A DNA stretch of 64,000 nucleotides from Actinomycetota bacterium (GTDB lineage Bacteria > Actinomycetota > Actinomycetes > S36-B12 > UBA10799): positions 555-64,554 of the forward strand of contig JACJWU010000008.1 in NCBI GenBank assembly GCA_020636995.1. The letters are read 5' to 3'. The translations under genes were made by a program, and so were the position numbers. Below, one piece after another: positions 28,397 to 37,597 of this stretch (positions are counted from its first letter, which is position 1; each line of letters begins with the position of its first letter). The notes beneath the pieces were generated by a model. The model was not told where the DNA came from and did not search any database. It saw only the letters and a list, made by a program, of their open reading frames with translations.

Positions 28397-29572
28397 ATGA
28401 GCCACCGCGTCGCCTTCGTGTGGGATGACGCCCTGCGGCACTACGACTTCGGCCCGGGCCATCCCCTGGCTCCGGTGCGGGTGCAGTTGGCCTACCGGTT
28501 GTCCCGGGACTTCGGGCTGCTCGACGATCCCAATCTGACGATGGTCACTCCGGCCGACATGCCGGACGGCCTGCTCAGCAGCGTGCACACCGCCGATTTC
28601 GTGTCGGCCGTGCAACGGGAGGCGGGCGGCAGCCACGGCCTGGGCACCGACGACGTCCCGACCTTCGCAGACATGCACGAGCACTCCGAACGGGTGTGCG
28701 CGGCGTCCCTGGCGGTGACACAGGCGGTGTATCGCGAGGAGGCCGACCACGGCGTGAACTTCGCGGGTGGACTGCACCATTCGATGCCGGATCGGGCATC
28801 CGGGTTCTGCGTCTACAACGACCTCGCTGTGAGCATCAAGTGGTTGCTCGACCAGGGGGTGGAGCGGGTGGCCTACGTCGACGTCGACGTCCACCACGGC
28901 GACGGTGTACAGCAGCATTTCTGGGACGACCCCCGGGTGCTGACGATCTCGATTCATGAGAGTCCGCGCACGCTGTTCCCGGGGACCGGGTGGCCCACTG
29001 AGATCGGTGGGGAGGGTGCCGAGGGCACGGCCATCAACGTCGCCCTGCCGCCGGGCACGGCCGACAACCACTGGTTGCGCGCTTTCGATGCCATCGTGCC
29101 TCCGGCGCTGCACGCCTTCCGGCCGCAGTTCCTGGTCTCCCAGCAGGGCTGCGACAGTCACTACGCCGATCCCCTGGCGCACCTGTCGCTCAGCCTCGAG
29201 GGCCAGCGGATGTCCTACAGCGCCCTGCACCGCCTGGCACACACCTACGCCGGGGGTCGCTGGATCGCCACCGGTGGGGGCGGATACGAGTGGGTCGACG
29301 TGGTGCCGTTGGCGTGGACCCACCTGCTGGCCGAGGCCCTCGACCGTCCGATCGATCCCGCTGAGGCGACGCCGGAGGCGTTCCAGGGGCTTGTGCGCAA
29401 CGTTCTCCAACGCGATCCCCCGTTGACCATGGGCAACGGCCGTGACCCCTGGTTGCGCAACTGGGAGACGGGATACAACCCCGACGATCCCGTGGACAGT
29501 GCCGTGCTGGCGACCCGGCGTGCGGCGTTCCCGCATCTCGGGATCGACCCGGACCCGGATCCGATGTTCTGA
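28397..29572 (+). CDS. acuC: Acetoin utilization protein AcuC (histone deacetylase family)
   Basis: GGLHH, ASGFCVYND, DVDVHHGDG, FPGTG and GGGGY. Confidence 0.92.
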   Translation: MSHRVAFVWDDALRHYDFGPGHPLAPVRVQLAYRLSRDFGLLDDPNLTMVTPADMPDGLLSSVHTADFVSAVQREAGGSHGLGTDDVPTFADMHEHSERVCAASLAVTQAVYREEADHGVNFAGGLHHSMPDRASGFCVYNDLAVSIKWLLDQGVERVAYVDVDVHHGDGVQQHFWDDPRVLTISIHESPRTLFPGTGWPTEIGGEGAEGTAINVALPPGTADNHWLRAFDAIVPPALHAFRPQFLVSQQGCDSHYADPLAHLSLSLEGQRMSYSALHRLAHTYAGGRWIATGGGGYEWVDVVPLAWTHLLAEALDRPIDPAEATPEAFQGLVRNVLQRDPPLTMGNGRDPWLRNWETGYNPDDPVDSAVLATRRAAFPHLGIDPDPDPMF

Positions 29573-29615
29573 GCCGATTACCCTGTAAAGGATTCCAGCC
29601 AACGAGGAGGCCCGT

Positions 29616-29714
29616 ATGGGTTCGGTGGTCAAGAAGCGCCGCAAGCGCATGGCCAAGAAGAAGCACCGCAAGCTGCTGCGCAAGACCCGCGTACAGCGTC
29701 GTAACAAGAAGTAG
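29616..29714 (+). CDS. 30S ribosomal protein bS22 (AURKAIP1/COX24-like, 32 aa)
   Basis: Below the ORF-track cutoff: [32 protein letters not shown], with SD GAGGAGG. Confidence 0.93.
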   Translation: MGSVVKKRRKRMAKKKHRKLLRKTRVQRRNKK

Positions 29715-29717
29715 GCC

Positions 29718-30752
29718 ATGGGGCAGGTCGTCCTGGTCACCGGCGTCTCCCGCTACCTGGGCGGGCGGATGGCCCAGATCCTCACGCAGGATCCAGGCGT
29801 CGACCGCGTCATCGGCGTCGACGTGGTCGCCCCCCGTCAGGAGATCGGCGGGGCGGAGTTCGTACGCGCGGACATCCGCAACCCGATCATCGCCAAGGTG
29901 ATCGAGGCCGCCCAGGTCGACACCGTGGTGCACATGGGCGTGATCGCCACACCCATGCAGGCCGGCGGGCGGATGTCGATGAAGGAGATCAACGTCATCG
30001 GCACGATGCAGTTGCTGGCGGCATGCCAGAAATCCCCGACGGTGCGCAAACTCGTGGTCAAGTCCACGTCGTCGGTCTACGGTGCCGGTCCCCGGGACCC
30101 TGCCATGTTCACCGAGGAGATGGAGCCCAAGCACGCTCCGACGTCCGGCTGGGCCAAGGACAGCGTGGAGGTCGAGGCCTATGTGCGCGGTTTCGCGCGC
30201 CGTCGCCCGGATGTCGGGGTGACCACGCTGCGCTTCGCGAACTTCTTCGGTCCCCGGGTCCAGACCCCGATGAGCACCTACTTCTCGCTGCCGGTCATCC
30301 CGGTGGTACTCGGATTCGATGCCCGGTTGCAGTTCATCCACGAGGACGACGGCCTCGACGCCCTGCGGCGGGCCACCGTGGAGGACCACCCGGGCACGTT
30401 CAACGTCGCGGGCGACGGCGTCATTCTGGTGTCGCAGGCCGCGCGGCGGGTGGGCCGTCCGGTCTTCCCGATCGCCAGCCCCTTCGCCTTCGCGGTCGGG
30501 GCGACGTTCCGCCGGCTCGGCCTGGCCGACTTCTCGCCGGAGCAGGTCCGCTTCCTGACCTACGGCCGAGGCATCGACACCACGCGCATGCGCACGGAGT
30601 TCGGCTTCGTGCCGCAGCACACCACCCCGGAGACGTTCGACGCCTTCGTGGAGGCACACAACCTCAACCGACTTCTGCCCGCGGAGCGGGTGGAGAACAT
30701 CGAGGACCAGTTGCTATCGCTGCTGACCGGAAAGGGTGGGGCCGGTGCCTGA
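29718..30752 (+). CDS. NAD-dependent epimerase/dehydratase
   Basis: LVTGVSRYLG, KEINVIGTMQL and KSTSSVYG. Confidence 0.88.
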   Translation: MGQVVLVTGVSRYLGGRMAQILTQDPGVDRVIGVDVVAPRQEIGGAEFVRADIRNPIIAKVIEAAQVDTVVHMGVIATPMQAGGRMSMKEINVIGTMQLLAACQKSPTVRKLVVKSTSSVYGAGPRDPAMFTEEMEPKHAPTSGWAKDSVEVEAYVRGFARRRPDVGVTTLRFANFFGPRVQTPMSTYFSLPVIPVVLGFDARLQFIHEDDGLDALRRATVEDHPGTFNVAGDGVILVSQAARRVGRPVFPIASPFAFAVGATFRRLGLADFSPEQVRFLTYGRGIDTTRMRTEFGFVPQHTTPETFDAFVEAHNLNRLLPAERVENIEDQLLSLLTGKGGAGA

Positions 30753-31752
30753 CGCGCGAGTCATCCCGATCAAGGGCAAAGAACCCAAGAAGAAGAAGCC
30801 GGCGACGAAGAAGTCCGCCCCGCGTTCCGGAGCGCGGGCCAGTCGGTCCAGTGCCGCGCCGGCGGTCGAACCGCAGGACGAGGCCACGCCGCTGCCCGGC
30901 ACCGAGGAGCACGTCGACTGGGACACCCGGGTCGCCGGTGCGCTGGCGTTCCTGCGCCGCCGCATCACGGGGGAGTACCAGGTCGATGACTTCGGCTTCG
31001 ACCCGGAGCTGACCGACCGGATCCTGCTGGCACCGCTGCGTCCGCTCTACAAGAAGTGGTTCCGCATCGAGACCCGTGGCCTGGAGAACATCCCTGACAC
31101 CGGGGGTGCGCTGCTGGTCGCCAACCACTCGGGGACTGTCGCGGTCGACTCGATGATGACGCAGTTGGCGATCTGGGATCACCACCCCGCGCACCGGCAC
31201 CTGCGGATGCTCGGCGCGGACTTCGTCTTCCAGTTGCCGCTGGTCGGCGAACTCGCGCGTAAGGGCGGGCACACGCTGGCGTGCGCCCCCGACGCTGAGC
31301 GCCTGCTGTCCTCAGGCGAGTTGGTGGGGGTCTGGCCGGAGGGGTTCAAGGGCATCGGAAAACCCTTCAGCGAGCGGTACAAACTGCAGCGCTTCGGCCG
31401 GGGCGGGTTCGTCGCTGCCGCCCTGCGGACCAAGACCCCGATCATTCCCTGCTCGATCGTCGGAGCTGAGGAGATCTACCCGATCATCGGCAACGCGAAG
31501 CTGATGGCGCGGCTGGTGGGGGCGCCGTACTTCCCGATCACGCCGACGTTCCCCTGGCTCGGGCCGCTGGGCATGGTGCCGCTGCCGAGCAAGTGGATCA
31601 TCGAGTTCGGCGAGCCCATCCGCACCGACGAGTTCCCGGAAGGGGCCGCGGACGATCCCATGCTGGTCTTCGACCTCACCGACCAGGTGCGAGAGACGAT
31701 CCAGCAGACGCTCTACCGGCTGTTGGTGGCCCGGAGGTCGGTGTTCTTCTAG
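30745..31752 (+). CDS. Lysophospholipid/phospholipid acyltransferase
   Basis: LVANHSGT, VWPEGFKG and RFGRGGF. Confidence 0.88.
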   Translation: MPDARVIPIKGKEPKKKKPATKKSAPRSGARASRSSAAPAVEPQDEATPLPGTEEHVDWDTRVAGALAFLRRRITGEYQVDDFGFDPELTDRILLAPLRPLYKKWFRIETRGLENIPDTGGALLVANHSGTVAVDSMMTQLAIWDHHPAHRHLRMLGADFVFQLPLVGELARKGGHTLACAPDAERLLSSGELVGVWPEGFKGIGKPFSERYKLQRFGRGGFVAAALRTKTPIIPCSIVGAEEIYPIIGNAKLMARLVGAPYFPITPTFPWLGPLGMVPLPSKWIIEFGEPIRTDEFPEGAADDPMLVFDLTDQVRETIQQTLYRLLVARRSVFF

Positions 31753-31767
31753 CCCGGCGAGTCACGG

Positions 31768-31844
31768 ATCCGTGAGCGTTCCGGTCATCCGTGAGCCCTT
31801 GGGCGGCGTGGAACGGCTAACGGATTTCCGAAGTGCTAACGGAT
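31768..31844. repeat. Nested palindromic element family E: (ATCCGTGAGC)x2...(GCTAACGGAT)x2
   Basis: Arms at 31768 and 31787, and at 31816 and 31835 (19-nt period), between convergent genes. Confidence 0.7.
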
Positions 31845-31878
31845 GCCGCACTCCGTGGCAATCGTGGGATCCCGCCGA

Positions 31879-32724
31879 TCAGGTCCGCATCGCGCGCCGG
31901 GCCATGACCGACCCCACCGCGATGCCGGTGGCCAGCCCCGCCACCCCGACCGCGGGGGCCGTGATCTTGACGACCCGCCGCGCCGTCCGGTAGTCCCGCA
32001 CGGTCCAACCGTTGCGGCGGGCATGCACGCGCAGGGTGCGGTCGGGGTTGACCGCCACCGGGGTGCCCACCAGCGACAGCATCGGGATGTCGTTCGCGGA
32101 GTCCGAATAGGCCGCACACCGACTCAGGTCGAGCCCTTCCTGTTCAGCGAGCGCCTGCACTGCCTCCGCCTTTGCCTCGCCGTGCAACGGCCGACCCACC
32201 AGTCGGCCTGTGTATACGCCGTTCACCTGTTCGGAGACCGTTCCCAGGGCCCCCGACAGCCCCAGGTGTTCGGCGATGAGTTCGGCCAGTTCGATGGGCG
32301 CCGCGGAGACCAACCAGACGCGCTGCCCGGCATCGACGTGTCCCTGGGCCAGGGCCACGGTGCCCGGCCAGAAGCGATCGATCATGTACTCGTTGAAGAT
32401 CTCGCGCGTCAACTGCACGAGTTCGGCCTGATTACGGCCCTTCACTAGGGCGAGCGCCTCCTCGGTGACGTCATGGACGTCCTCCACGTGCTCCTTGCCG
32501 ACCACGATGAACCGGGTCTGTTTCCATACGAAGTCGAGGATCTGCCCTTTGGACAGGTATTTGTGCTTGGCCAGCCCGCGCGCCCAGTGGAACATGGACG
32601 CGCCGTGGATCAGTGTGTTGTCGATGTCGAAGAACGCGGCCGCCCGCGGATCGGCCTGCTGCGGCGCCGGTTCGGCGATCTCAGCGGTATCCCACTGTGG
32701 TTCTGCGGCCTTGTCCAACTCCAC
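31879..32724 (-). CDS. HAD-IB family hydrolase (SerB1-like)
   Basis: FFDIDNTL, LVSAAP, AYSDSANDIPML and AVNPD. Confidence 0.88.
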   Translation of the reverse strand: MELDKAAEPQWDTAEIAEPAPQQADPRAAAFFDIDNTLIHGASMFHWARGLAKHKYLSKGQILDFVWKQTRFIVVGKEHVEDVHDVTEEALALVKGRNQAELVQLTREIFNEYMIDRFWPGTVALAQGHVDAGQRVWLVSAAPIELAELIAEHLGLSGALGTVSEQVNGVYTGRLVGRPLHGEAKAEAVQALAEQEGLDLSRCAAYSDSANDIPMLSLVGTPVAVNPDRTLRVHARRNGWTVRDYRTARRVVKITAPAVGVAGLATGIAVGSVMARRAMRT

Positions 32725-32766
32725 CTGTGCAGGCTAGCCCAGCGGCAGGTGTGAAAGACTGCGGGC

Positions 32767-34257
32767 GTGGTGGCCAACCTTGCTGATTTGGTGCGCGTCG
32801 CGGCCGATTCGCGTCCTCGGCACCCAGCCATCGTGACCGATCAGCGGATCACGAGCTGGAGCGAGGTGGACTGGCAGGTGCGGGCGGTGGCCGGCGGGCT
32901 CATCGCTCGCGGGCTCGAACCGGGGGCACGCATCGGCATCCTGCAGCGCAACACCCTGGAGTTCGTGACGAGCTACTTCGGCATCCTGCGCGCCGGCATG
33001 GTGGCGGTCCCGTTCAATGTCGGCTACACGGCCGCGGAGTTGGCCCTCATGGTCTCCGACGTCGACGTCCAGCTCGTACTGGCGGATCCCGCGGTGGCGC
33101 CGGTGCTCGACGGCCTCGGTGTGGAGGTCATCAGGACCGGCACGGAGGAGTGGCGCCGATTCACCGTCGGCAGCGCGGCCCTGCCCACTGATCCCACCGA
33201 TCCCGAGTCGCTGGCGGTGCTGCTGTTCACCTCCGGCACCTCCGGTCGGCCCAAGGCCGCCATGCTGACCCACCGGGCCCTGGCTGCCAACCTCGATCAA
33301 CTCAGCGCCCTGACCGACCCGCCGGCGATGACCGCCGACGACGTGATGCTGTGCGTGTTGCCGCTGTTCCACATCTACGCCCTCAACGCCGCGCTCGGCA
33401 TGGTCGCCCGGCATGCCGCGACCATGGTCCTGACCCAACGTTTCGATCCCGGCGCGGCGCTTGCGGCCATCTCCAAACACCGCGTCACGAACGTGGCGGG
33501 TGCACCGCCGATGTACGTGGCGTGGTCTGCCGAGGAGGGACTCGGAGAGGCCCTCGCCGATGTCCGCCTGCTCGTTTCGGGTGCCGCCGCCCTGCCCCTG
33601 AACGTGATGGAACAGTTCGAAACGCTGGCCGGTCGGCCCATCTGGGAGGGCTACGGGATGACCGAGTGCTCCCCGGTCATCGCCGCCTCGTTGGTCTCCG
33701 GAACGCCGAAGCCGGGCTCCGTCGGCCGACCACTTCCGGGAATCGAACTGGAGTTGCGCGACGAGGACGGCGATCCGGTCGAGGAGGGTGATCCCGGGGA
33801 GATCTTCGTGCGGGGGGCCAACGTGTTCAGCGGCTACTGGCCGGAAGGCTCCGACGGCCCGGACGACGATGGCTGGTTCGCGACGGGGGATGTGGCCTAC
33901 GCCGACGACGACGGGGATCTGCGACTCGTCGACCGCCGGCGGGAGTTGATCATCGTGAGCGGTTTCAACGTATACCCGCGCGAGGTCGAGGACGCACTGT
34001 TGGGCATGGATGGCGTGCTGGAGGTGGCGGTCATGGGGGTGACGCACCCTTACACCGGCGAGGCGGTGAAGGCGTTCGTGGTGCCCGCGCCGGGTGCCGA
34101 CGTCTCCGGGGACGACGTCGTGACGTTCGCAGCCACCCGGCTCGCGCGGTTCAAGTGCCCGACCATCGTCGAGGTCGTGGACGGTCTGCCGCACTCGGTG
34201 ACCGGCAAGGTGGCCAAGGGCCGGCTGCGGGAGGGCTGGGAGGTGACCTCGCTCTGA
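32767..34257 (+). CDS. AMP-binding long-chain fatty acid-CoA ligase
   Basis: FTSGTSGRPK, EGYGMTE, TGD, SGFNVYPREVE and GKV.K. Confidence 0.92.
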   Translation: MVANLADLVRVAADSRPRHPAIVTDQRITSWSEVDWQVRAVAGGLIARGLEPGARIGILQRNTLEFVTSYFGILRAGMVAVPFNVGYTAAELALMVSDVDVQLVLADPAVAPVLDGLGVEVIRTGTEEWRRFTVGSAALPTDPTDPESLAVLLFTSGTSGRPKAAMLTHRALAANLDQLSALTDPPAMTADDVMLCVLPLFHIYALNAALGMVARHAATMVLTQRFDPGAALAAISKHRVTNVAGAPPMYVAWSAEEGLGEALADVRLLVSGAAALPLNVMEQFETLAGRPIWEGYGMTECSPVIAASLVSGTPKPGSVGRPLPGIELELRDEDGDPVEEGDPGEIFVRGANVFSGYWPEGSDGPDDDGWFATGDVAYADDDGDLRLVDRRRELIIVSGFNVYPREVEDALLGMDGVLEVAVMGVTHPYTGEAVKAFVVPAPGADVSGDDVVTFAATRLARFKCPTIVEVVDGLPHSVTGKVAKGRLREGWEVTSL

Positions 34258-34493
34258 GCGCGCGGGTCATCCTCGTGGGCAAGCCCGGCTGTCACCTGTG
34301 TGACGTCGCGCGGGAGGTCATCGACATGGTCTGCGCGCAGGCGGATACCGAGTGGGTGGAGGTGTCCATCACGGACGACCCGCGCCTGGCCCAGCGGTAC
34401 GCCGACCAGATCCCGGTGGTGCTGGTGGACGGCCGGGTGCACGACATCTACCGGGTGAACCCGGACCGGTTGCGGGACGCGCTTGGGGTGTGA
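34254..34493 (+). CDS. Glutaredoxin-like protein (DUF836 type)
   Basis: KPGCHLC, QIPVVLVDG; the start appears to be CTG in a CTGA overlap. Confidence 0.75.
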   Translation: MSARVILVGKPGCHLCDVAREVIDMVCAQADTEWVEVSITDDPRLAQRYADQIPVVLVDGRVHDIYRVNPDRLRDALGV

Positions 34494-34494
34494 G

Positions 34495-34626
34495 CGTACG
34501 GAACCGGTTGGCGAAGGCCGATTGCCAACCAGTTCCAGACACTAATCCGTTCGAAATGCCCCTTTTGTCGACCTCCAGCCGTACGGAACTGGTTGGAGCG
34601 GACCGGCCGTCAACCAGTTCTGTACG
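34495..34626. repeat. REP doublet family B (CGTACGGAACTGGTTG...CAACCAGTTC), copy 1
   Basis: Two hairpins starting at 34495 and 34580. Confidence 0.85.
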
Positions 34627-34747
34627 TTCGCGGGCTGGCAACACACGGGAGGACCGGTAACCGGACGGCCCCGCCCGCATTCCAGTTTGGGCCCGCTTGT
34701 GAAATCGGTAGCATGGAGATCCCGGCCCTATGACGAAACGGTGACAG

Positions 34748-35413
34748 GTGTCTCTCCCGCGACTTCGACGACGCGAGCTGCCCGACGCCACGATCGCCCG
34801 CCTGCCCCAGTACATCCGTTGCCTGTCCCAGCTGGAGAACGCCGGCCTGCGAACGGTCCACAGCGCCGACCTCGCAGCCCATGTCGGGGTCAGTGGTGCG
34901 GTCGTGCGCCGGGACCTCAGTTACGTGGGTAGCTACGGAACGCGTGGGGTCGGCTACCCGGTGTCCGAACTTCGCGACAGCGTCAACCGGGCATTGGGCC
35001 TGGCCACCGAACACCGCATGGTGATCGTCGGGGTGGGCCACATGGGGCGCGCGATCGCCGGCTACACGGGTTTCGCCGAGCGGGGTCTGCGGGTGGTGGG
35101 GTTGTTCGACATCGATCCGGAACTCATCGGTTCCAAAGCGGGGAATCCCGGCTCCGAGGTGCTGGAGATCATGCCACTGGCCGACCTGGCGGCGTTCGTG
35201 CACACCAACGACGTCGCCATCGCCGTCGTCGCGACGCCCGCCAGTGCGGCCCAATCCGTGGCCGACCTGCTTGTCGACGCCGGGATCACGAGCATCCTGA
35301 ACCTGTCTGCGGTGCACCTGAGCGTGCCCGACACCGTGGTGGTCCGGCCCGTGGATCTGGCCACAGAGATACAGATCCTTGCCGTACACGCGGCCGCCAG
35401 GGGGCGCCGATGA
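34748..35413 (+). CDS. rex: Redox-sensing transcriptional repressor Rex
   Basis: PDATIARLP.Y, DLSYVGSYGTRGVGY, Rossmann motif VGVGHMG; upstream of hemA. Confidence 0.92.
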   Translation: MSLPRLRRRELPDATIARLPQYIRCLSQLENAGLRTVHSADLAAHVGVSGAVVRRDLSYVGSYGTRGVGYPVSELRDSVNRALGLATEHRMVIVGVGHMGRAIAGYTGFAERGLRVVGLFDIDPELIGSKAGNPGSEVLEIMPLADLAAFVHTNDVAIAVVATPASAAQSVADLLVDAGITSILNLSAVHLSVPDTVVVRPVDLATEIQILAVHAAARGRR

Positions 35414-36705
35414 GTCTGCTGGTGATGGGGATCAGCCACCACAGCGCCCCGATCGAGGTGCTCGAACAGGTTGCGGCCATAGATGCCGAAGAGACCCTCC
35501 CGGTTCTCGGTGCCGGAGATGCGGTCGGCGAGGTTCTGCTGCTGTCGACATGTAACCGCATCGAGGTGTACACCGAGGTGTCGCGGTTCCACGCCGCAGT
35601 CGAATCGCTGACGGCGGTGCTGGCCAAGCACGCGGGGCTGGCGGCCGACCAGTTGTCCAAGCACCTCTACGTGCACTACGAGGACGCCGCGGTCCGCCAC
35701 GCGTTCCGGGTCGCCAGCGGCCTCGACTCGATGGTCGTCGGTGACGAGCAGATCCTGGGGCAGTTCCGGGAGGCGTTCAAGGTGGCAGTGGACCAGGGGC
35801 AGGCGGGCCGCAGCCTGCACGAGCTGGCGCAGAACGCGCTGCGCGTGGGCAAACGTGTCCACAGCGACACCGGAATCGGTCGCCATGGCGCGTCCGTCGT
35901 GGAGGTGGCGCTGTCCGAGGCCGGTCGTCACCATGGGACCCTGGCAGGCCGTCGGGTCGTCATCATCGGCTCCGGTGCGATGTCGTCGCTGGCCGCATCC
36001 GTCGCGTCGGCCGCGGGTGCGGGAGTCACCATCGTGGGGCGCACGGCCGCTTCCGTGCACCGCCTCGCGCAGGCTGTGAACGGCCATGGCGTGCAATTGG
36101 TCGACCTCGACGCCCATCTGCGGCACGCCGATGTGGTGGTCAGTGCCACCGGCGCCACGGGTCTGCTGATCACCAAGGAGCACTTGCAGAGGGTGCTCGG
36201 CGATGACCGCCCCGACGTGTACGTGTGCGACCTCGCCCTGCCCCACGACACGGACCCGCGGATCGCCGAGATCCCCGGGGTGCAACGGCTCGACCTGTCG
36301 GGGATCGCCGCGCTGCCACAGGCGCAGATCGCCGGGGAGAGTGTCACCACGGCCGAGTCCATCGTGCTGGAGGCCACAGCCGAGTTCCTGCAGAGGCAGA
36401 TGGGTGCCAAGGTCGAGCCGGTCGTGGTCGCGTTGCGGTCCCGGGCTGAAGCGGTGGTCGAGGAGGAGTTGCAGCGCCTGCGTCTGCGAAACCCTGATCT
36501 GTCCGAGGAACAGTTCGCCGAGATCGCGCGCGGCATGCGTCGGGTCGTGGCGACGCTTCTGCACACGCCGACGGTGCGCATGAAAGAACTTGCCGGCGAT
36601 CCGGGCGGCGACCGCTATGCGGCGGCACTGCATGCGCTGTTCGACCTTGATCCGGCTGCCGTGACCGCCCTGACTGAGAATCCCGGCGGGAGCCCGCGTG
36701 CCTGA
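35410..36705 (+). CDS. hemA: Glutamyl-tRNA reductase
   Basis: SHHSAP, LSTCNRIE, GLDSMVVGDEQILGQ and DLALPHD. Confidence 0.96.
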   Translation: MSLLVMGISHHSAPIEVLEQVAAIDAEETLPVLGAGDAVGEVLLLSTCNRIEVYTEVSRFHAAVESLTAVLAKHAGLAADQLSKHLYVHYEDAAVRHAFRVASGLDSMVVGDEQILGQFREAFKVAVDQGQAGRSLHELAQNALRVGKRVHSDTGIGRHGASVVEVALSEAGRHHGTLAGRRVVIIGSGAMSSLAASVASAAGAGVTIVGRTAASVHRLAQAVNGHGVQLVDLDAHLRHADVVVSATGATGLLITKEHLQRVLGDDRPDVYVCDLALPHDTDPRIAEIPGVQRLDLSGIAALPQAQIAGESVTTAESIVLEATAEFLQRQMGAKVEPVVVALRSRAEAVVEEELQRLRLRNPDLSEEQFAEIARGMRRVVATLLHTPTVRMKELAGDPGGDRYAAALHALFDLDPAAVTALTENPGGSPRA

Positions 36706-37597
36706 TTTCACTGTGGCCACGCGGGCCAGCGCGTTGGCGCGCGCACAAACGGGCTGGGTGCGGGACCGCCTCGCCGATCTGCTCGGCATCGAGGTGGCCG
36801 AACTGCTGGTCACGTCCGAGGGGGATGTGTCGGACGCTGCCCTGACCTCGTTCGGCGGACAAGGGGTGTTCGTCGCCCGGGTACGGGAGGCCGTCCTCGA
36901 CGGGCGTGCCGATGTGGCCGTGCACTCGATGAAGGACCTACCCACACTGCCGCATCCCGGGACCGCGATCGCGGCAGTGCCCACGCGCGAGGATGTGCGG
37001 GACTTCCTGGTCACAACCCGCGGCGGGCTGGACGATCTGCCGTCGGGGGCCTCAGTCGGTACCGGCTCGCCGCGCCGGGTGGCCTATCTGCGCCGCCGTC
37101 GTCCGGACCTGCGGGTCGTCGCCATCCGGGGCAACGTGGATACGCGGGTCGCTCGGGTCAAGGACGGCGATCTCGATGCCGTCGTGGTGGCCACCGCTGG
37201 CTTGATCCGACTCGGGCTCACACCCCCCGGGGCGCCGTTGGCCGTCGACGACATGCTGCCGGCGGTGGGACAGGGTGCCTTGGCTGTGGAGATGCGCGCC
37301 GATGACGCCCGCATGCCTCGCGTCAGGGGCCTCGATGATGCCGGGACCCGGGCCGAGGTCATCGCAGAACGCGCCCTGCTCGCCGGACTTAGGGCAGGAT
37401 GTAGCGCGCCCGTGGGGGCAACTGCCACCGCGACGGACGACCGACTGGACCTACGGGCGGCTGTGCTGTCCCTGGACGGCTCACAGATGTACGAATGCAC
37501 GACGAACGGGCCGCTGTCCGATGCCGAAGGTGTCGGGCGACGGGCCGCTGACCTCCTGATCGGTCAAGGGGCCGATCAGTTGTTGGGAGAGATGTGA
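36698..37597 (+). CDS. hemC: Hydroxymethylbilane synthase
   Basis: TRASALARAQ, VHSMKDLP, GTGSPRR, RGNVDTR and AGCSAP. Confidence 0.96.
   Translation: MPDFTVATRASALARAQTGWVRDRLADLLGIEVAELLVTSEGDVSDAALTSFGGQGVFVARVREAVLDGRADVAVHSMKDLPTLPHPGTAIAAVPTREDVRDFLVTTRGGLDDLPSGASVGTGSPRRVAYLRRRRPDLRVVAIRGNVDTRVARVKDGDLDAVVVATAGLIRLGLTPPGAPLAVDDMLPAVGQGALAVEMRADDARMPRVRGLDDAGTRAEVIAERALLAGLRAGCSAPVGATATATDDRLDLRAAVLSLDGSQMYECTTNGPLSDAEGVGRRAADLLIGQGADQLLGEM

Noticed and set aside
34698-34715. Rex operator upstream of rex
   Set aside because: Only a TTGTGAA half-site is present; the matching TTCACAA is missing.
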